This document shows, piece by piece, positions 28,896-39,557 of a stretch of 64,000 nt of DNA. The notes below the pieces were generated by a model. That model saw nothing but the letters and a program-made list of their open reading frames with translations, ran no database searches and was not told the origin of the DNA. Each line of letters starts with the position of its first letter. Position 1 is the stretch's first letter. The DNA is from Deltaproteobacteria bacterium TL4 (lineage in GTDB: Bacteria; SAR324; NAC60-12). The position numbers were made by a program, and so were the translations under genes. Location of the stretch: contig JBBCAX010000121.1 of NCBI GenBank assembly GCA_051382335.1, positions 20,683 to 84,682 on the forward strand, in the 5' to 3' direction.

Positions 28896-29312
28896 ATGAT
28901 TGACCTTCGAACTGAAATTCGAAATAATGAAGATGAAGAGGAAACCCCTCAGATTCAGGTTGAACATTGTGTTGTTGATGGAATTGAGTTGTTTCGACTT
29001 GCGGGCGTTCTGATTCATAAGACAACAAGAGAAGTCAAAGAACTTATTCTTCCAACACTTAACAAGCCCTCCGTGACAAACGTGGTCATAAGTTTTAGCG
29101 AAGTGACGGCCTTGGATTCGTCAGGGATTGGAACCATGATTTTGTTTTACCGTGTGATGCGCGCTCGTGGGGCTAACATTGTGTTTTGCGACTTTGGCAG
29201 AAACCTTATGCGTCTCATGCGGATGGGGCAACTCCATGAAATACTGTCTTTGTGGGATACCGAAGAAAAGGCCTTCGCTCACTTCCAATCAACATTCGTT
29301 GAGCACACATAA
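28896..29312 (+). CDS. STAS-domain anti-sigma factor antagonist
   Basis: VTALDSSGIG phosphoacceptor motif; start chosen at ATG 28896. Confidence 0.85.
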   Translation: MIDLRTEIRNNEDEEETPQIQVEHCVVDGIELFRLAGVLIHKTTREVKELILPTLNKPSVTNVVISFSEVTALDSSGIGTMILFYRVMRARGANIVFCDFGRNLMRLMRMGQLHEILSLWDTEEKAFAHFQSTFVEHT

Positions 29313-29337
29313 AGAAGCCAACCCAAGCTCCCCTAAT

Positions 29338-29526
29338 TTAGTTATAAATTTCCTCACGCTTGTGATCTTTTCTGCTTTTTTTTGCAAAAAGATCCGATAT
29401 TTTCGTCTCCCTCTTTGTTTGAGTAATGTCTCGTAACACTGAAATTTTCATTTCTAAAGCGAATACGACGACTACCATACAAATGATAACATAGGGTATG
29501 ATTTCATAAAACTGCATGGCCAACAC
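29338..29526 (-). CDS. small single-TM hypothetical protein
   Basis: Hydrophobic IIPYVIICMVVVVFAL followed by a basic tail. Confidence 0.35.
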   Translation of the reverse strand: MLAMQFYEIIPYVIICMVVVVFALEMKISVLRDITQTKRETKISDLFAKKSRKDHKREEIYN

Positions 29527-29730
29527 CTTTTAGAACTTTGAAAATGGGGAAAAATGCAAAGTAAGCTACTTCATAAACGCCATATTTTAGACGGAAACTG
29601 CTAAGCAATTTCCTCTCATCACCTAAGAAGGGAGACGAATTAACGGTGCCCAGTATCCTGGGAATCGGAGTAAAAGTCAAAATATTTTTGTGCAAGTGCG
29701 AACAAAACTTGCTAATTATGTGAAAAAAAT

Positions 29731-30023
29731 AGCTCTTCGATATTTCCCGTGGTTTTTGAATGAGTATAAATACAATTAAATCAATGTATTACAAAATATG
29801 CGAAATTTGAGAGATGCCAAAACGAGTCAGATTTTTATCGTATTTTACATAGCAGGATCACCTATATCTCTCGCATATTGCCACTTTCTAGGTAATTCAA
29901 TGTTATCTAAACCCAAAAAGTTTGTTTCAAACATACATTCTGACCTGGTTGTATTTCTTTAATTCTCTTTATATATCAGCTAGATAATCAATAATCCATG
30001 ACCACGGGAAATATCGAAGAGCC
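29731..30023. mobile_element. MITE family C (293 bp)
   Basis: TIR GCTCTTCGATATTTCCCGTGGT / ACCACGGGAAATATCGAAGAGC; 8-bp TSD AAAAAAAT at 29723-29730 and 30024-30031; AT-rich non-coding interior. Confidence 0.9.
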
Positions 30024-30230
30024 AAAAAAATAGCTATATTTTTTTGCGATTGCACAGTATTTAGTTCCCTTTTTTAAATTATTTTTGGGCCATAGGTTTC
30101 CGAAACTGTTACATTATTGCCAATTACAGCTTTACACAGTGAAAACTTTCTTATAAAGAATTTGTTATACTTCGATTAATTTTTCACAGTAGGTGCTTAT
30201 TTAATAAACGGATTATGCGGGAGGAAATGA

Positions 30231-30947
30231 ATGTCCTATGTGATGGCTAATCCCCTTTCCAAAAAGTTGGGAGATCAAGTATTTCAATTAATAGCAGAGG
30301 TTCGAAAAACCCCTAGTAGTGGTGTACATACAGAGGAAATTGCTGACGTGATCAGTCAAATTACAGAAGCTTCATTACATTTTTATTTTGTGCAACCATT
30401 GGAACTGATGAACGTAGGGAGTTTCGGTAAAAATTTGGTACTTTTGGGAATTAATACAGGTCTGGGGCTTACAACGACAACGGTTAGGAAACTTTTTAAA
30501 ACCCTTTCTAAAGAGCAGTTACTGCAATTTACAGATTGGGTTGAAGCAATGGTTCGTTATGGAAAGAATGAGGAGTATATCCTTGCCTGCCCTGTGAGCG
30601 CAGAAGAAGCGCAGAAAATATTCGCTGTTGTCAAAACGATTCGTACTGACACGGTTCAAGGGAAACATACAGAATACATCGTGAGGGTTATCGTTGAAAT
30701 GTCAGAAGTTTCGCTTCACTTTTTTGCAATCAGTCCCTTGGATTTTTTAAATATTGGAAATTTTGGTAGAAAAATCGTGAATATGGCGGTTAATACTGGA
30801 GTTGGCTTGATACGAATGACGGCAAAAAAATTAATTCATAAACTTCCAGAGCGAGATTTACTCACAATGGTCAGTTTTATGGAAGGACTTCTATGTCCAA
30901 TAGAAGCTTTTGAACAATCACAACAACCTGCGATGGCCATGCATTAA
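30231..30947 (+). CDS. hypothetical protein with two tandem ~110-aa homologous domains
   Basis: SLHFYFVQPLELMNVGSFGK..NTG versus SLHFFAISPLDFLNIGNFGR..NTG; GGAGG RBS. Confidence 0.8.
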   Translation: MSYVMANPLSKKLGDQVFQLIAEVRKTPSSGVHTEEIADVISQITEASLHFYFVQPLELMNVGSFGKNLVLLGINTGLGLTTTTVRKLFKTLSKEQLLQFTDWVEAMVRYGKNEEYILACPVSAEEAQKIFAVVKTIRTDTVQGKHTEYIVRVIVEMSEVSLHFFAISPLDFLNIGNFGRKIVNMAVNTGVGLIRMTAKKLIHKLPERDLLTMVSFMEGLLCPIEAFEQSQQPAMAMH

Positions 30948-31064
30948 GAGCTGAGGACTGTACATTGACGGATACCATGTATATACTCCGGTAACAGAAC
31001 AGGATTAAAGTCTCCGCGCCCAAAAACGGAAGGCAACACTCAGCGTAAGTTTTAGGAGAACTCG

Positions 31065-31430
31065 ATGATTCGACTTTCACATCATATGCGTGATGGAATT
31101 TGTATAATAGCCGTGGAAGGAAATATAATCGGAAAAGATTCGATCAACTTCCAAAATTACACAATCCCTTTTGTAAAAAATCGGGATATTCAGGGCATAG
31201 TCATTAACCTCGAACACTCAGCATTCATGGATTCTTCAGGCATAGGGATTGTTGCCAAGCTTCTCAGTTCCTTAAGGACAAGAAACGCTAAACTGGTTTT
31301 ATGTGGTTTGAATGAAAAGTTTAATGAAATACTCGACATTGTCGGATTAAAACCATTGTTCAACATCTGTAGTACTGAGGAAGACGCCATCAATCATATT
31401 CTCATTGCCATAGAATTAGGGGGGGGATGA
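31065..31430 (+). CDS. STAS-domain anti-sigma factor antagonist
   Basis: FMDSSGIG, LVLCGLN; AGGAG RBS; ATGA overlap with the next gene. Confidence 0.88.
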   Translation: MIRLSHHMRDGICIIAVEGNIIGKDSINFQNYTIPFVKNRDIQGIVINLEHSAFMDSSGIGIVAKLLSSLRTRNAKLVLCGLNEKFNEILDIVGLKPLFNICSTEEDAINHILIAIELGGG

Positions 31431-31978
31431 TCTATCTGGTGAGTTCAAACCAAAATAAATTTAGGGAACTACAAGAACTGTTACCCGTTCCGCTCGAGTT
31501 GGTTGACTTAGAACTGTCTGAACTTCAAACCACCAATTTAAGGGCATTAATAGAGAACAAGCTTAAACAGGCCTATCACAAAATACAAAACCCCGTTATT
31601 GTTGAAGATACCTCTTTGTTTTTTAATGTTTGGAATGAACTTCCTGGGCCTTTAATCAAGTGGTTTACCAAGAATATGGGTTTGGAAGGACTTGTAACAG
31701 CGTTGTCTTCATTTCAGGATAAATCAGCGTATGCGGTTTGTTGCTTAGGTTATACCCAAGATGGCGAAAACTTTCATTTTTTTGAAGGCCGAATCCATGG
31801 AGAAATCGTATTCCCGAGAGGAATCCAAGGGTTTGGATGGGATCGTATTTTTGTTCCTGAGGGAACCTCACAAACCTTTGCAGAGATGTCAACGACAGAA
31901 AAACATCAAATTTCCATGAGAAAACGAGCCGCAATGCCTTTCAAGCATTTTTTAGCGCAGCAGGAAGAGCAAAGGTAA
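31427..31978 (+). CDS. non-canonical purine NTP pyrophosphatase (Ham1/ITPase family)
   Basis: SSNQNKFRE, VEDTSL, LPGPLIKWF, FGWDRIF, TFAEM, KHQISMR. Confidence 0.9.
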   Translation: MIYLVSSNQNKFRELQELLPVPLELVDLELSELQTTNLRALIENKLKQAYHKIQNPVIVEDTSLFFNVWNELPGPLIKWFTKNMGLEGLVTALSSFQDKSAYAVCCLGYTQDGENFHFFEGRIHGEIVFPRGIQGFGWDRIFVPEGTSQTFAEMSTTEKHQISMRKRAAMPFKHFLAQQEEQR

Positions 31979-32894
31979 CATCTTCTTTTACAAGCGTTAA
32001 CTCCTCAATAGAACTGTCTTCGACCATTTGCTGTAACTTTGTTACGATCCCCTGGACAATGTCTTCCGGAGCTGAGGCACCTGCGGTGATGCCCACTTGA
32101 TAAACATTTTCGAACCATTCGGACTGTAATTGATCCGCAGATTCAATTCTCTTGGCGGTAACCCCCATCGCTTTAGCAACTTCAACGAGTCTAACCGTGT
32201 TCGAACTGTTTGGCGCACCCACCACCAAAACCAAATCGACTTGCGCAGCAAGTGCTTTTACCGCATTTTGTCGATTTTGAGTCGCATAACATATATCCTC
32301 CTTTTTGGGACCCACAATATGAGGAAACCGTTTTTTTAAAGCCCTAATAATTTCACGGGTATCATCTAAGGAAAGCGTGGTTTGTGTCAAGTAGGCAACA
32401 GGCCTGTTAGGCTCAATCTCCAAGGCCTCTACCTGTTCTACATTACTCACTACCACCATCCGGTCTGGAGCTTCTCCGAGGGTCCCTTTGACTTCCACAT
32501 GGTCTCTGTGTCCGATGAGAATAATCAGGAACCCCTCGTCAGCATAATGTTTTGCTTCAGTGTGAACTTTAGTTACAAGAGGACAGGTTGCATCGAGAAC
32601 TTCAAGTTTCAATTGTTTTGCTTTTGTACGAACTTCTGGAGAGACCCCGTGTGCGGAAAAGATTAAATGGGATTCCTGGGGCACCTCCTCCAGGTTTTCT
32701 ATGAAAATCACGCCTTGCTTCCTCAAACGTTCAACGACATGGGGATTATGAACGATTTCATGCCGCACATAAATAGGCGGTCCATAAAGCGCCAAGGCTT
32801 TTTCCACAATCGTGATAGCTCGGTCAACTCCCGCACAAAAACCTCGAGGACTGGCTAAATGTAATTTTAATTGTGAACTTTTTAAAATCTCCAT
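31941..32894 (-). CDS. ispH: 4-hydroxy-3-methylbut-2-enyl diphosphate reductase
   Basis: PRGFCAGVDRA, IVHN, SAHG, DATCPLVTKVH, QTT, ICYATQNRQ, SSN, TAGASAP. Confidence 0.97.
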   Translation of the reverse strand: MEILKSSQLKLHLASPRGFCAGVDRAITIVEKALALYGPPIYVRHEIVHNPHVVERLRKQGVIFIENLEEVPQESHLIFSAHGVSPEVRTKAKQLKLEVLDATCPLVTKVHTEAKHYADEGFLIILIGHRDHVEVKGTLGEAPDRMVVVSNVEQVEALEIEPNRPVAYLTQTTLSLDDTREIIRALKKRFPHIVGPKKEDICYATQNRQNAVKALAAQVDLVLVVGAPNSSNTVRLVEVAKAMGVTAKRIESADQLQSEWFENVYQVGITAGASAPEDIVQGIVTKLQQMVEDSSIEELTLVKEDVTFALPAALKNA

Positions 32895-33158
32895 AAATTC
32901 CTTTTTGGCTGAATCTAAAAGTAAATAGCAATGTTTTCAATAAGTTAAATTGAATGGCGAAAGCACTGAGTCCCTTTGGCTGTAAAATCTAAACAAAGAA
33001 AACTGGAAACTGAGCGCATCAACTTGACGGTTCATCCACTTTTTAGTATGAGTATAACTAATTCTCAAGCATATTGAGAAACTGAAGCTTTAATTCAGGA
33101 TGCCTGAGGTTTTATTTCTTCAGGGATTAACTAGTTCATCCATCTAGGGAGTTCTTCA

Positions 33159-33389
33159 ATGGTGCGGTTGCTTATACTTTTGGGAATTTTTGTTGTATCC
33201 TTTTCGGTAATTTTTGTTCCAGGATATATTCTGTTTTCTCCTCCTGAAACGCTAGTTCAAACAGGGGAATCGGCATCCATTGGAGATTCCTCTAATCGTG
33301 ATATTCCTGCCGCTCCGGGCGTTGAGCCTGGTGTTGAATCTGTTATGAAGCCGCCTTCATTAGATTCGGCACCTAAAGAAAAAAACTAA
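33159..33389 (+). CDS. small membrane-anchored hypothetical protein
   Basis: N-terminal TM helix and Pro/Ser-rich tail; GGGGAG RBS. Confidence 0.55.
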   Translation: MVRLLILLGIFVVSFSVIFVPGYILFSPPETLVQTGESASIGDSSNRDIPAAPGVEPGVESVMKPPSLDSAPKEKN

Positions 33390-33427
33390 CGTTTGTATTA
33401 ATGTTCACAATTTTACGAGAGTCACTT

Positions 33428-33760
33428 ATGTCTATTCATGTTAGTTTTAAACAAATAAAACACTCTACCGCTGTTACCGAACATATCAACGAACTCATGA
33501 AAGAGTTGGTAAAAGTTACGGATGACCGTTTTCCTTTCCATGTAAATCTAATCAAAGATAGCGAGGAGACGCATACCGTTGTGATTAACTGCAATTATAA
33601 AGATAAGGCCTTGGTCAGTAAAGCAACACATGCCAATCTCTATAGAGCCATTTCAAAGAGTGTTGACTCAATGAAAACTCAAGTTATTAAAAAAGTAAAT
33701 AAAACAAGAGATAAGGCTCGAAACGAAGATAAAGAACCGGAAGAAATCCCAGAAATTTAA
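33428..33760 (+). CDS. ribosome hibernation factor HPF/RaiA family
   Basis: MSIHVSFKQIKHSTAVTEHI and NLYRAISKSVDSMKTQV match the HPF N- and C-terminal patterns. Confidence 0.7.
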   Translation: MSIHVSFKQIKHSTAVTEHINELMKELVKVTDDRFPFHVNLIKDSEETHTVVINCNYKDKALVSKATHANLYRAISKSVDSMKTQVIKKVNKTRDKARNEDKEPEEIPEI

Positions 33761-34130
33761 GAAGATAGCATTTGTTTCAATGCTGCTTTTTTGGGGACAG
33801 GGCAAATAAAACTTTTTCCTTTTGCTTGTCTTTTATTCTGATTTATTTGTTCTTTGAAAGCTGACATATGACTCGTATGTAAGCGTTCAAACACCTTTGG
33901 AATCCGAACTAAAACCCGCATAACTTGAGAAAGTGATATTTTGCCCCCCATGATGTTAGAAGCAGCAGTGTCGCCTACTCCGTGATGGAAAGACTCGTAG
34001 TGTCTTGATTTGAAGAAAACAGTGACGTTTGCATGAAGTTTGAAAGAACTCTTATTGACAGAAAGTTTTTTTTATCTGTCCAAAGTATGGATTTGATATA
34101 ACAACGCTTCGTTTCACGCTTGATTCTATC

Positions 34131-37100
34131 ATGGCAAGTAACACTCTGAGAAAACTGACCATCGCATTCATTGCAACGGTAGTCACCGGTGCTTTTGCCT
34201 TAGCTGTGATTGTATTTGGTCTTACGGCTCTTACCGCGTGGATCTCCAAACATCCGGATGAGTACCTTCCGCTCCTGACTCCCTTCATCAAAAAACACAC
34301 GGGTCTCAACGTGAGGCTTGGGGAATTTCATGTTAATACCGAGGCCTTAAGTGCTTTAAATATTAAGGCTCGTCATATCATCGTGTTTTCTGAAGATGGT
34401 GTGACTCCCGTTTTAAAATTGGAGACTCTGTCATTTTTTTGTGATGCCTCACTTTTTTATAAAGGGCGTTTTGTTTTTGACAAAGTTCTGGTTGACGCCC
34501 TGGATTTAACGTTGAACTTTTCAGAAGATGGCAAAATTTTATTAGGGGATATTGCGCTCGTTTCCGCCACGCCCTCCAAAAGTTCTGGTGCGTTAAATCT
34601 GATCCACATTGTATTGGATCAGTTCAATTTGGTTAACGCGCATGTTCAGGTCAATTTTCCTAAGACCTGGAAGATCCCCACCTTCAATATCAATGACATT
34701 CAAGGAAATATCTATTGGACCTCTTTACAAAAACATTTTGAACTCAAGATGGCTGTGGAGTGGGGGGGCGATTCAGGGACACTGCAGGCGAGTGCCAAGG
34801 GCGATGGTGAGCGTTGGAACGGTGTTTATCAACTAAAGGATTTTCCACTTCATCAGTTGGTTATCCCCAAAGTCCAGGGAATGTTCGACGAAATCCCTGT
34901 CAAGGGACTCTTGGGAATCAACGGAAAAATGGTGAGTGTTGATTTTTTGGAATGGGAATCGCATTTTGATTGGAATATTACCCAAGGCCAGTTACTCAGT
35001 TCTCGCTTCCCAAAGGGCCAAATGCCGCTTGAGACCTTCAAAGGAAAAGGAGATCTGATGTCGAGTGGGGGACTGAGTAGTTTCAACATCGGTGTGGAGC
35101 CGTTAGCATTTCCCTTTGGTAATTTTACGTTGCAATCCCAATTGACGCTCAGACCAGACCAACCGCCATTAATCACCATGAGGGGAAAATCGTCAAAGTG
35201 GAAAATTGAAAAAACCATTCCCTATCTTACCGCTTTTTTTCCAAAGAGTGCGGCGGCGTGGATACGTCAACAGGTTCATTCCGGGACCATCACTTCTCTG
35301 GCGTTAACACTCGACCTGAATCTCAAGGAAAGCTATAAAACCCTGGATGAAATTCTTCAATTTTCGGTTAGCGGAGAACTTTCGGATGTTTCACTCACTC
35401 CGTTTGAGGGGATACCTGTCATCACCAAAGGAGCCGCATCATTTAAAGCGGATCTCGCAGGGCTTTCGATGAATTTTAAAACAGGACAAATGCCTGGTGT
35501 TCAAATCGAAGGCGGTACTTTGAAATTAGGATACGGTGAAAATACGATTCCAATGCACATTAACGCCTTTGGACAAGGTGAGGGTGCTCAGGCATGGCCA
35601 GAATTCAGGACGATGTGGAACGCAACGCTGCCATGGTTAAATCAACTTGAGTTTGAGGGCAGAATCAACGCTGATTTTACTCTGGATACTCCGGATCTAA
35701 GTGGTCCTGACTCGCTGGACCTGGTGATTAAACTCCAACCACTTGAAGCTAAAGCAATGTTTCATCTCCCTAAATGGACTTATCAACTTACGGAGATAGG
35801 GGGGGAACTTTTGATCACACTCAAACACCTTCAATGGACGGAGTTAAAGTTCCGTCTAGATGAAATTTCAGGAACCTCTAACGGCATTTTTCCACTTGAT
35901 GACAGAGAACCGTTGATCAAGCTTCAACTGCTACACCTTGAGTCCTTATTTCCCTATTACGAGGATCCCGATCATGAAATGTCTCACTGGTTTCCTGAAA
36001 AACTGAACGCTTCCTTGACAGTTAAGCAAGACAACCTTGCAAACGGTCAAAAAGGCCCCTGGGAATTTGAGTTACTCACAGAAGACTCGAGTCAGCAGCA
36101 ATTGCAGGTGAATATGGAGGTTGAGGGGGATCGTTTTAAAATAACTAATGCTAATGGCGATATTGGACAGTTTCACCTTCAGGGACAACTTAATCTGGAC
36201 CAGAATAAGGGCAAAACTGTTTTGCAAATGGGGTCGCTTTTCCATCCCAACACCTCCGTTTCTTGTCAGTGGGAAAATCAGTCTGCTTTGATTGAATTGG
36301 AAACTGAAAAATTCATATTTGAAGAGTGGCAATCATGGAAAATACCACTCAATTTAACTAAATTAATACCTCCCTCCTCCAATGATTCTCAAAGCTCTGA
36401 TTTTTCAGGATCTTTTTTTATTAAAGAATTGCAGTTTAATTTGAATATCAATCAATTATACTTTTTTGATCAAGCGCATTTTCCTGTCGTCGTCACAGGT
36501 TTTCTAAATCTGGAGGAACCCTTTCATTTCAACTTATCGCATTTTCAAATAGGATCGGATCAGGGAAACGCCCAATATACTGGAAATTTGCAGTCGGGAC
36601 AACTGGCACTAAATTTAACGTCCCTTGATGTTCCCTATTGGTTAAACAAATTAGCGGCTCAAAACAAGCACCCCAAACCCACCAATAAAAACATTTCCGA
36701 GTCAAAAATCGAAGCTGCGAGTGATTCGGAAAATCAGGGTTCCCCGGCAAAAGAATTTAAAGTTTCACTGAAAATAGAAAAACTGAAACTTCCTGGAAAT
36801 CGTCCGAATTCTTTTGAAAGTGAAATCCATCTTTATTTTGATGAGGGGACAATCGAAGCCAACATAGATCCCTTCCGGTATGGGTCCCAATCTTTGCAGG
36901 CTCAGGTAGTTTATACCGATAATCTGCTGGATATTTCTCTGGACAACGGAAAAATTTCCGTCCTTCCTTGGTTAAACTTAGCGAGAGCATGGCCCCCCAG
37001 TTCGTCACAATCCGCACCAACCGCCTCTCAACCCAGCCTTCTCAAAAGAATTCAGTTGAATATCCAAATAGAAAATTTAGTGGTTGCGGAAACCTTAAAG

Positions 37101-38555
37101 CTGCCCTTATACTTGACCGGTGTGCTGGATTTGGAAGGTGAAAACATGGAGTTGGTGATTGATCAGTTCCGTACACCACAAGCCTCAGGAAAACTCACAT
37201 TCACGGCTCATCATTCGCATCAGGAATTTAATGCTAAATTGACCATACTTGATATTGTGGGAGTGATCAATGGAGCACGTTATGTCGATTGGGGGCACTG
37301 GTTAAATTCAACTTTTGACGGCCCTCTTCCTGAAGCAACAGCCTCTCTGCCTCTAAATTTTAAGCTGGACGCTTCTAAAACCTATTTTGGCTTCGATCCT
37401 GTTTCGTTCCATGTGGTAGGAAAAATGGAGCAGGAGGGTGAAAATACGGTGTTACTACTGAATCACCTGGAATGGGATAAGCAGTCCGGAGCCCTCCGAA
37501 TCACACAAGTGGGAAAACAAACTCAGGTTTCAGGAAATTTTAAATATCTAAACTTGGCACAATGGCGAGAGTTGTCAGACTCTTTGGAAACACCGGAAGA
37601 GATAGAAGCCAAAACTGTGGAAGAAAAGCGTTTGCAAAAAAGCACGCCTCCCTTTAGCATCTCTTTGCCTGAATTTAATATTAAATTAGACCTAAGTGCG
37701 GACCGTCTTAAATTTTTGGAAAGTACCTTCAATGACTTTAAGCTGAAAGCTGAAATTTCACCGGATAAATATAAAATTTCGCGAGTTATTTGGAGGAAAA
37801 AACGAGACCCCGCCTTCAGTTTAGTAGGCTATTTGAAACGGCAGCCTAACAACCATTGGGTTGGCAAAGCAAGTATGGATGTTTTTGATTTAGGAGATTT
37901 ACTTAGTATTTTAGCAAAACAAGGAGAAGAACTGCAGGACAAGTTTCCTCTTGAACTTGGAAAAACCCACTTTCAAGCGGATTTAGACCTGGTTCCTATC
38001 TCAGAAAATCTTTGGCTCCCTCATGCAAAAATTTTGGGAGAGTCGTATGACGGGATTATAGCGAAAGGGGGGTCTCTGCTTTTTTTGGTCACAACATTGT
38101 CGATACAAAGTTATTTTAAAGCGGTGCAAGGTGAATTGAGTGGCTTTGAAGGGAAAGGTTATGTTTACAATTCATTGAATGTTGATGTTCAGATGAAGGG
38201 GGGACGTTTTGAGGTTTTTGACCTGAGTATCAAGAGTCCAACCATGAATATTGTCGCCTCAGGGATCATTGATGCGAATGAATCCACCCAAGAACTATTA
38301 CTCTGTCTGCAACCCTTTGAAACGTTAGATAAAGTTTTGGATCATATTCCTTTGTTAAACTATTTATTGCTGAATAAACGGGGTGCGTTTTACGAGTTTT
38401 GTTTTCAAACGAAGGGAGTTCTTGATCGACCTCTTATTTTTCCTCTTCCTCAATCCGTAATCCCGGGACGCCTTCGTGATTTTTTCTTATTTGATTATGA
38501 AGATGAACAAGAAGCGGAACCACTGGATGAATTTGGAACCTCCGTTGCCCCTTAA
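34131..38555 (+). CDS. AsmA-like / YhdP family large periplasmic protein
   Basis: N-terminal TM anchor, long beta-rich body, C-terminal QPFETLDKVLDHIPLLNYLL..G.L..P (AsmA_2-like). Confidence 0.75.
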   Translation: MASNTLRKLTIAFIATVVTGAFALAVIVFGLTALTAWISKHPDEYLPLLTPFIKKHTGLNVRLGEFHVNTEALSALNIKARHIIVFSEDGVTPVLKLETLSFFCDASLFYKGRFVFDKVLVDALDLTLNFSEDGKILLGDIALVSATPSKSSGALNLIHIVLDQFNLVNAHVQVNFPKTWKIPTFNINDIQGNIYWTSLQKHFELKMAVEWGGDSGTLQASAKGDGERWNGVYQLKDFPLHQLVIPKVQGMFDEIPVKGLLGINGKMVSVDFLEWESHFDWNITQGQLLSSRFPKGQMPLETFKGKGDLMSSGGLSSFNIGVEPLAFPFGNFTLQSQLTLRPDQPPLITMRGKSSKWKIEKTIPYLTAFFPKSAAAWIRQQVHSGTITSLALTLDLNLKESYKTLDEILQFSVSGELSDVSLTPFEGIPVITKGAASFKADLAGLSMNFKTGQMPGVQIEGGTLKLGYGENTIPMHINAFGQGEGAQAWPEFRTMWNATLPWLNQLEFEGRINADFTLDTPDLSGPDSLDLVIKLQPLEAKAMFHLPKWTYQLTEIGGELLITLKHLQWTELKFRLDEISGTSNGIFPLDDREPLIKLQLLHLESLFPYYEDPDHEMSHWFPEKLNASLTVKQDNLANGQKGPWEFELLTEDSSQQQLQVNMEVEGDRFKITNANGDIGQFHLQGQLNLDQNKGKTVLQMGSLFHPNTSVSCQWENQSALIELETEKFIFEEWQSWKIPLNLTKLIPPSSNDSQSSDFSGSFFIKELQFNLNINQLYFFDQAHFPVVVTGFLNLEEPFHFNLSHFQIGSDQGNAQYTGNLQSGQLALNLTSLDVPYWLNKLAAQNKHPKPTNKNISESKIEAASDSENQGSPAKEFKVSLKIEKLKLPGNRPNSFESEIHLYFDEGTIEANIDPFRYGSQSLQAQVVYTDNLLDISLDNGKISVLPWLNLARAWPPSSSQSAPTASQPSLLKRIQLNIQIENLVVAETLKLPLYLTGVLDLEGENMELVIDQFRTPQASGKLTFTAHHSHQEFNAKLTILDIVGVINGARYVDWGHWLNSTFDGPLPEATASLPLNFKLDASKTYFGFDPVSFHVVGKMEQEGENTVLLLNHLEWDKQSGALRITQVGKQTQVSGNFKYLNLAQWRELSDSLETPEEIEAKTVEEKRLQKSTPPFSISLPEFNIKLDLSADRLKFLESTFNDFKLKAEISPDKYKISRVIWRKKRDPAFSLVGYLKRQPNNHWVGKASMDVFDLGDLLSILAKQGEELQDKFPLELGKTHFQADLDLVPISENLWLPHAKILGESYDGIIAKGGSLLFLVTTLSIQSYFKAVQGELSGFEGKGYVYNSLNVDVQMKGGRFEVFDLSIKSPTMNIVASGIIDANESTQELLLCLQPFETLDKVLDHIPLLNYLLLNKRGAFYEFCFQTKGVLDRPLIFPLPQSVIPGRLRDFFLFDYEDEQEAEPLDEFGTSVAP

Positions 38556-38597
38556 TTTCCTCGCGTAGTCCTTGGGTTGCTTAAGTTTGACAGCGTA

Positions 38598-39557
38598 TTA
38601 CTCGCATTGTCCGAGTGACGTCTCTGTGCATTTTCTGGCATCAATCCATGTTGCCCCGTCAAGAATTGCACCCGTAAATAGCGCGTTCTCAATTGAGGCG
38701 CCTTCCAGATCAACACCATTCATAAACGCATAGCTGAAATCTGCGTTTTCCAAGCGTGTTGCCCTTAAGTCGGCCCCACTTAATTGCACCTGCTTTGATT
38801 TAAGGGTTCTCATATTCGCCCCTTTGAAGTCAACATTTCTTAAGTCCGAAAACTTGAACGAAGTCCCATTAAGAGACGCATATCGTAGACTACTATGACT
38901 TAAGTGAAGCTTCTCCAATTTTTGTCCTCTTAAGTTGATGCCTTGTAAATCACAGGCTTCACAATCATCACTGATCAGGAGTTGTGGATAGGTGGACGTT
39001 TCACGGGCAGCAGGATCCACCCTGTGAATAAAAAGCACCTCTTCAGCGACAGGATCTTTTCCGCTATGAATCAGAGACATGACATAAGAACTTGAAGAGA
39101 GCGAGTGTGTCTTGCAGTTTCCGTCATCTTGAATCTGGACCAAGGTCACATCTTGCGCATCATTCAACAGCATCTGATGCCCCTTGGGAGTCTGTGTTCT
39201 AAAGCAAAACTCAAGCACGTATTCGGCGTTGGACTCCAATTGCAGGGTAAAAGGGATGGCATCTTTGCCTAACTCTCCGGTCAGGTTCGTAGACGTTGAA
39301 GATTGAGGATGTTCCAGGAACACAACAACCGTATTTTTGAACTGAACCGTCAATAGGGGATTTGCCGCAAATTCGGTTTCGCTATATCCGTGTTGTTCCA
39401 CAACCTGATGGTCCTCAGAGGTAACTTTAGGCTCATAACAACCTGAGAGAACAACGACTACAATTTCTCCGAGGAGCAAAAAACACAAACTTCGGGTGTT
39501 CTCACGAAATTGATTTTTAGAAAAACTCCAACTCACCGGCTTCCACCATATTTTCAA
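38598..39557 (-). CDS. pentapeptide-repeat putative lipoprotein
   Basis: LSGC lipobox-like site; CEACDL followed by A(D/N)Lxx repeats and GATWIDARKC; start uncertain. Confidence 0.8.
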   Translation of the reverse strand: MKIWWKPVSWSFSKNQFRENTRSLCFLLLGEIVVVVLSGCYEPKVTSEDHQVVEQHGYSETEFAANPLLTVQFKNTVVVFLEHPQSSTSTNLTGELGKDAIPFTLQLESNAEYVLEFCFRTQTPKGHQMLLNDAQDVTLVQIQDDGNCKTHSLSSSSYVMSLIHSGKDPVAEEVLFIHRVDPAARETSTYPQLLISDDCEACDLQGINLRGQKLEKLHLSHSSLRYASLNGTSFKFSDLRNVDFKGANMRTLKSKQVQLSGADLRATRLENADFSYAFMNGVDLEGASIENALFTGAILDGATWIDARKCTETSLGQCE

